The position numbers were made by a program, and so were the translations under genes. A DNA stretch of 40,942 nt from assembly GCA_964348425.1 (NCBI GenBank), contig CAYGCV010000002.1, positions 1 through 40,942 of the forward strand. Direction: 5' to 3'. The DNA is from an uncultured Vicinamibacteraceae bacterium (GTDB lineage: Bacteria > Acidobacteriota > Vicinamibacteria > Vicinamibacterales > UBA8438). Numbering within the stretch: the first letter of the stretch is position 1; every line of letters begins with the position of its first letter. Under the pieces are notes generated by a model, which saw nothing but the letters and a program-made list of their open reading frames with translations, searched no databases and was not told the DNA's origin. Positions 39,368 through 40,942 of the stretch are shown piece by piece.

Positions 39368-39979
39368 CTACCCGGTCCACGCGGGATACAGCTCGTGCTC
39401 GAAGCCCAGCGCCGACAGGATCTTGCCGGCCATGAAGTCGGCGAGATCGTCGAGCGACGCGGGGCGCTGATAGAACGCCGGCATCGCCGGCAGCACGATG
39501 GCGCCGGCCTCCGCGCACAGGACGAGGTTCTTGAGCTGCGGCAGGCTCATGGGCGTCTCGCGCGGCACGACGACCAGGCGCCGGCGCTCCTTCAGCATGA
39601 CGTCGGCGGCGCGCTCGATCAGGTTCCTCGACGCCCCGTGCGCAACCCCCGCCAGCGTCTTCATCGAGCACGGCACGATGACCATGCCGTCGCAGGCGTA
39701 GCTGCCGCTGGCAATGACCGCGCCCGCGTCCCGGTTGCTGTGGATCGCCAGCGCGCCGCGGCGGACGGACTCCCCGTAGCGCGCCGCGACGTAGTCGCCC
39801 AGCCGCTCGATCGCAGCGTCGGGCCCGAGCTCGTCGCGCAGCAGCCGGCGGCCGAAGTCGGACGCGACCAGCTCGACGCGGCAGCCCCGGGCGAGCAGGG
39901 CCGACACGGTGCGGACGGCGTAGACCGCCCCGGACGCGCCGGTGATGCCGACGGACACGACCCGCGACCGCTCAGACAT
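39368..39979 (-). CDS. ubiX: Flavin prenyltransferase UbiX family
   Basis: VGITGASGAVYAVR....L......V.LV.S........E........;VIVPCSMKTLAGVAHGASRNLIERAADVMLKERRRLVVVPRETP; 203 aa. Confidence 0.92.
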   Translation of the reverse strand: MSERSRVVSVGITGASGAVYAVRTVSALLARGCRVELVASDFGRRLLRDELGPDAAIERLGDYVAARYGESVRRGALAIHSNRDAGAVIASGSYACDGMVIVPCSMKTLAGVAHGASRNLIERAADVMLKERRRLVVVPRETPMSLPQLKNLVLCAEAGAIVLPAMPAFYQRPASLDDLADFMAGKILSALGFEHELYPAWTG

Positions 39980-40823
39980 ACAACGCCGCGGCCGTGGTGG
40001 CCAGATACAGCAACCCGACGTAGCCGTTCAGATCGAAGGCCTGCTTGACGCGCGACAGATCGTCGGCCCGCACGAGCGACTGCTCGTAGACGAGCAGCAC
40101 CGCGACACCGGCGACGCCGGCGACGTACAGCGGACCCAGCGGCACGACGAGCGCCACCGCCGCGAGGCTCGTCACGGCAACCACATGGAACCCCCTGGAG
40201 ATCCACAGCGACCGCTCGACGCCGAAGCGCGTCGGGATCGAGCGCAGGCCCTGCCGCCGGTCGTGCTCGATGTCTTCGCAGGCGTACAGAATGTCGAATC
40301 CGGCGACCCACAGCGCGGTGCCGAGCGCGAGCAGCCACGGGGCCCAGCCCGCGCGGCCGCCCGCCGCCAGCCAGCCCCCGACGGGCGCCACCGCCAGCGC
40401 GAGTCCGAGGTACAGTTGCGTGTAGCTGGTGAACCGCTTGGCCAGCGAATACCAGAACACGATGGCCAGCGCGACCGGGGACAGCGCGAAGCAGAGCGTG
40501 CCGAGCTGCGACGTGACGCCGACGAACGCCAGCGACGAGACCACCACCAGCGCCGCGACCTCGCGGCTGGATACGCTGCCGCGCGGCAGCTCCCGGCCCG
40601 CCGTCCGCGGATTGGACGCATCGTAGCGCGCGTCGACCAGCCGGTTGAAGCCCATCGCCGCGGTGCGCGCCGTCACCATCGCCAGGACGATCCACAGCAC
40701 GCGGCTCGCCGTCAGCGGCGACGTGCGGGCCGCCAGCAGCATGCCGGTCAGCGCGAACGGCAGCGCGAACACGGTGTGGCTGAAACGAATCAGGGACGCG
40801 TAGGTGCGAACCCGCGCGAGCAT
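39972..40823 (-). CDS. ubiA: UbiA-family aromatic polyprenyltransferase (4-hydroxybenzoate polyprenyltransferase-like; MqnP-like is possible)
   Basis: LIRFSHTVFALPFALTGMLLAA...GFNRLVDARYDASNPRTAGRELPRG (NxxxDxxxD motif), a second Asp-rich motif YACEDIEHDRRQGLRSIP, and multiple TM segments. Confidence 0.85.
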   Translation of the reverse strand: MLARVRTYASLIRFSHTVFALPFALTGMLLAARTSPLTASRVLWIVLAMVTARTAAMGFNRLVDARYDASNPRTAGRELPRGSVSSREVAALVVVSSLAFVGVTSQLGTLCFALSPVALAIVFWYSLAKRFTSYTQLYLGLALAVAPVGGWLAAGGRAGWAPWLLALGTALWVAGFDILYACEDIEHDRRQGLRSIPTRFGVERSLWISRGFHVVAVTSLAAVALVVPLGPLYVAGVAGVAVLLVYEQSLVRADDLSRVKQAFDLNGYVGLLYLATTAAALYV

Positions 40824-40831
40824 GCTCGAGC

Positions 40832-40942
40832 TTTCATCAGATGGGGCTGCGCCCCAAACCCCCGGCGTTCGCTTGCGGGGGCCCCACAGCCCCGCGCCGC
40901 TACCGCCGAGGCGCGCCGTGCGCGGCCTCCTCCAGATGGGGC
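40832..40942 (+). repeat. GC-rich palindromic repeat: one full copy, a spacer, and the start of a second copy cut by the window end
   Basis: TTTCATCAGATGGGGCTGCGCCCCAAACCCCCGGCGTTCGCTTGCGGGGGCCCC (40832-40885). CTCCTCCAGATGGGGC (40927-40942) restarts the unit. It is the reverse complement of the array at 7-126. Confidence 0.85.

Overview
This is a high-GC (about 70% by eye, not computed) bacterial chromosomal segment made almost entirely of tightly packed core housekeeping genes. They form three co-directional blocks.

(i) Minus strand, 127-6932: a PEGA-domain pseudokinase, then carA and carB.

(ii) Plus strand, 7020-20577: bshC, an XdhC-family gene, hrcA-grpE-dnaJ-prmA-rsmE (dnaK absent), a soluble Ser/Thr kinase, ilvE, recX, alaS, hslR, an orphan higA, a short DNA-methyltransferase-like stub, and rpsT.

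(iii) Minus strand, 40823 down to 20542: ubiA(mqnP-like)-ubiX-menG/ubiE, a TonB-like gene, miaA-hfq-dgt, yceD-rpmF-plsX-fabD-fabG-acpP-fabF (no fabH), etfB-etfA-ETF-QO, a DUF374 gene, an HDAC-family gene, and leuS-lptE-holA.

LptE and TonB imply a diderm host. The lineage cannot be determined without a database search. I saw no rRNA, tRNA, CRISPR array or intact mobile element.

I did not find a convincing novel multi-gene system, and this looks like an ordinary core region. The observations most worth a second look are:
- a GC-rich palindromic repeat family at three intergenic sites, including tandem arrays at both window ends;
- a membrane PEGA pseudokinase translationally coupled to carAB;
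- five perfect TATAAT boxes, each placed just upstream of a start codon, two of them containing the upstream gene's TAA stop;
- a probable CTG start for ETF-QO;
- a dnaK-less dnaK-type operon;
- phased GGAA repeats in the leuS-lptE spacer;
- a decayed higA plus methyltransferase-stub islet;
- a candidate 31-aa membrane micro-ORF.

The many very long Arg/Ala/Gly/Pro-rich ORFs antisense to real genes are high-GC shadow ORFs.
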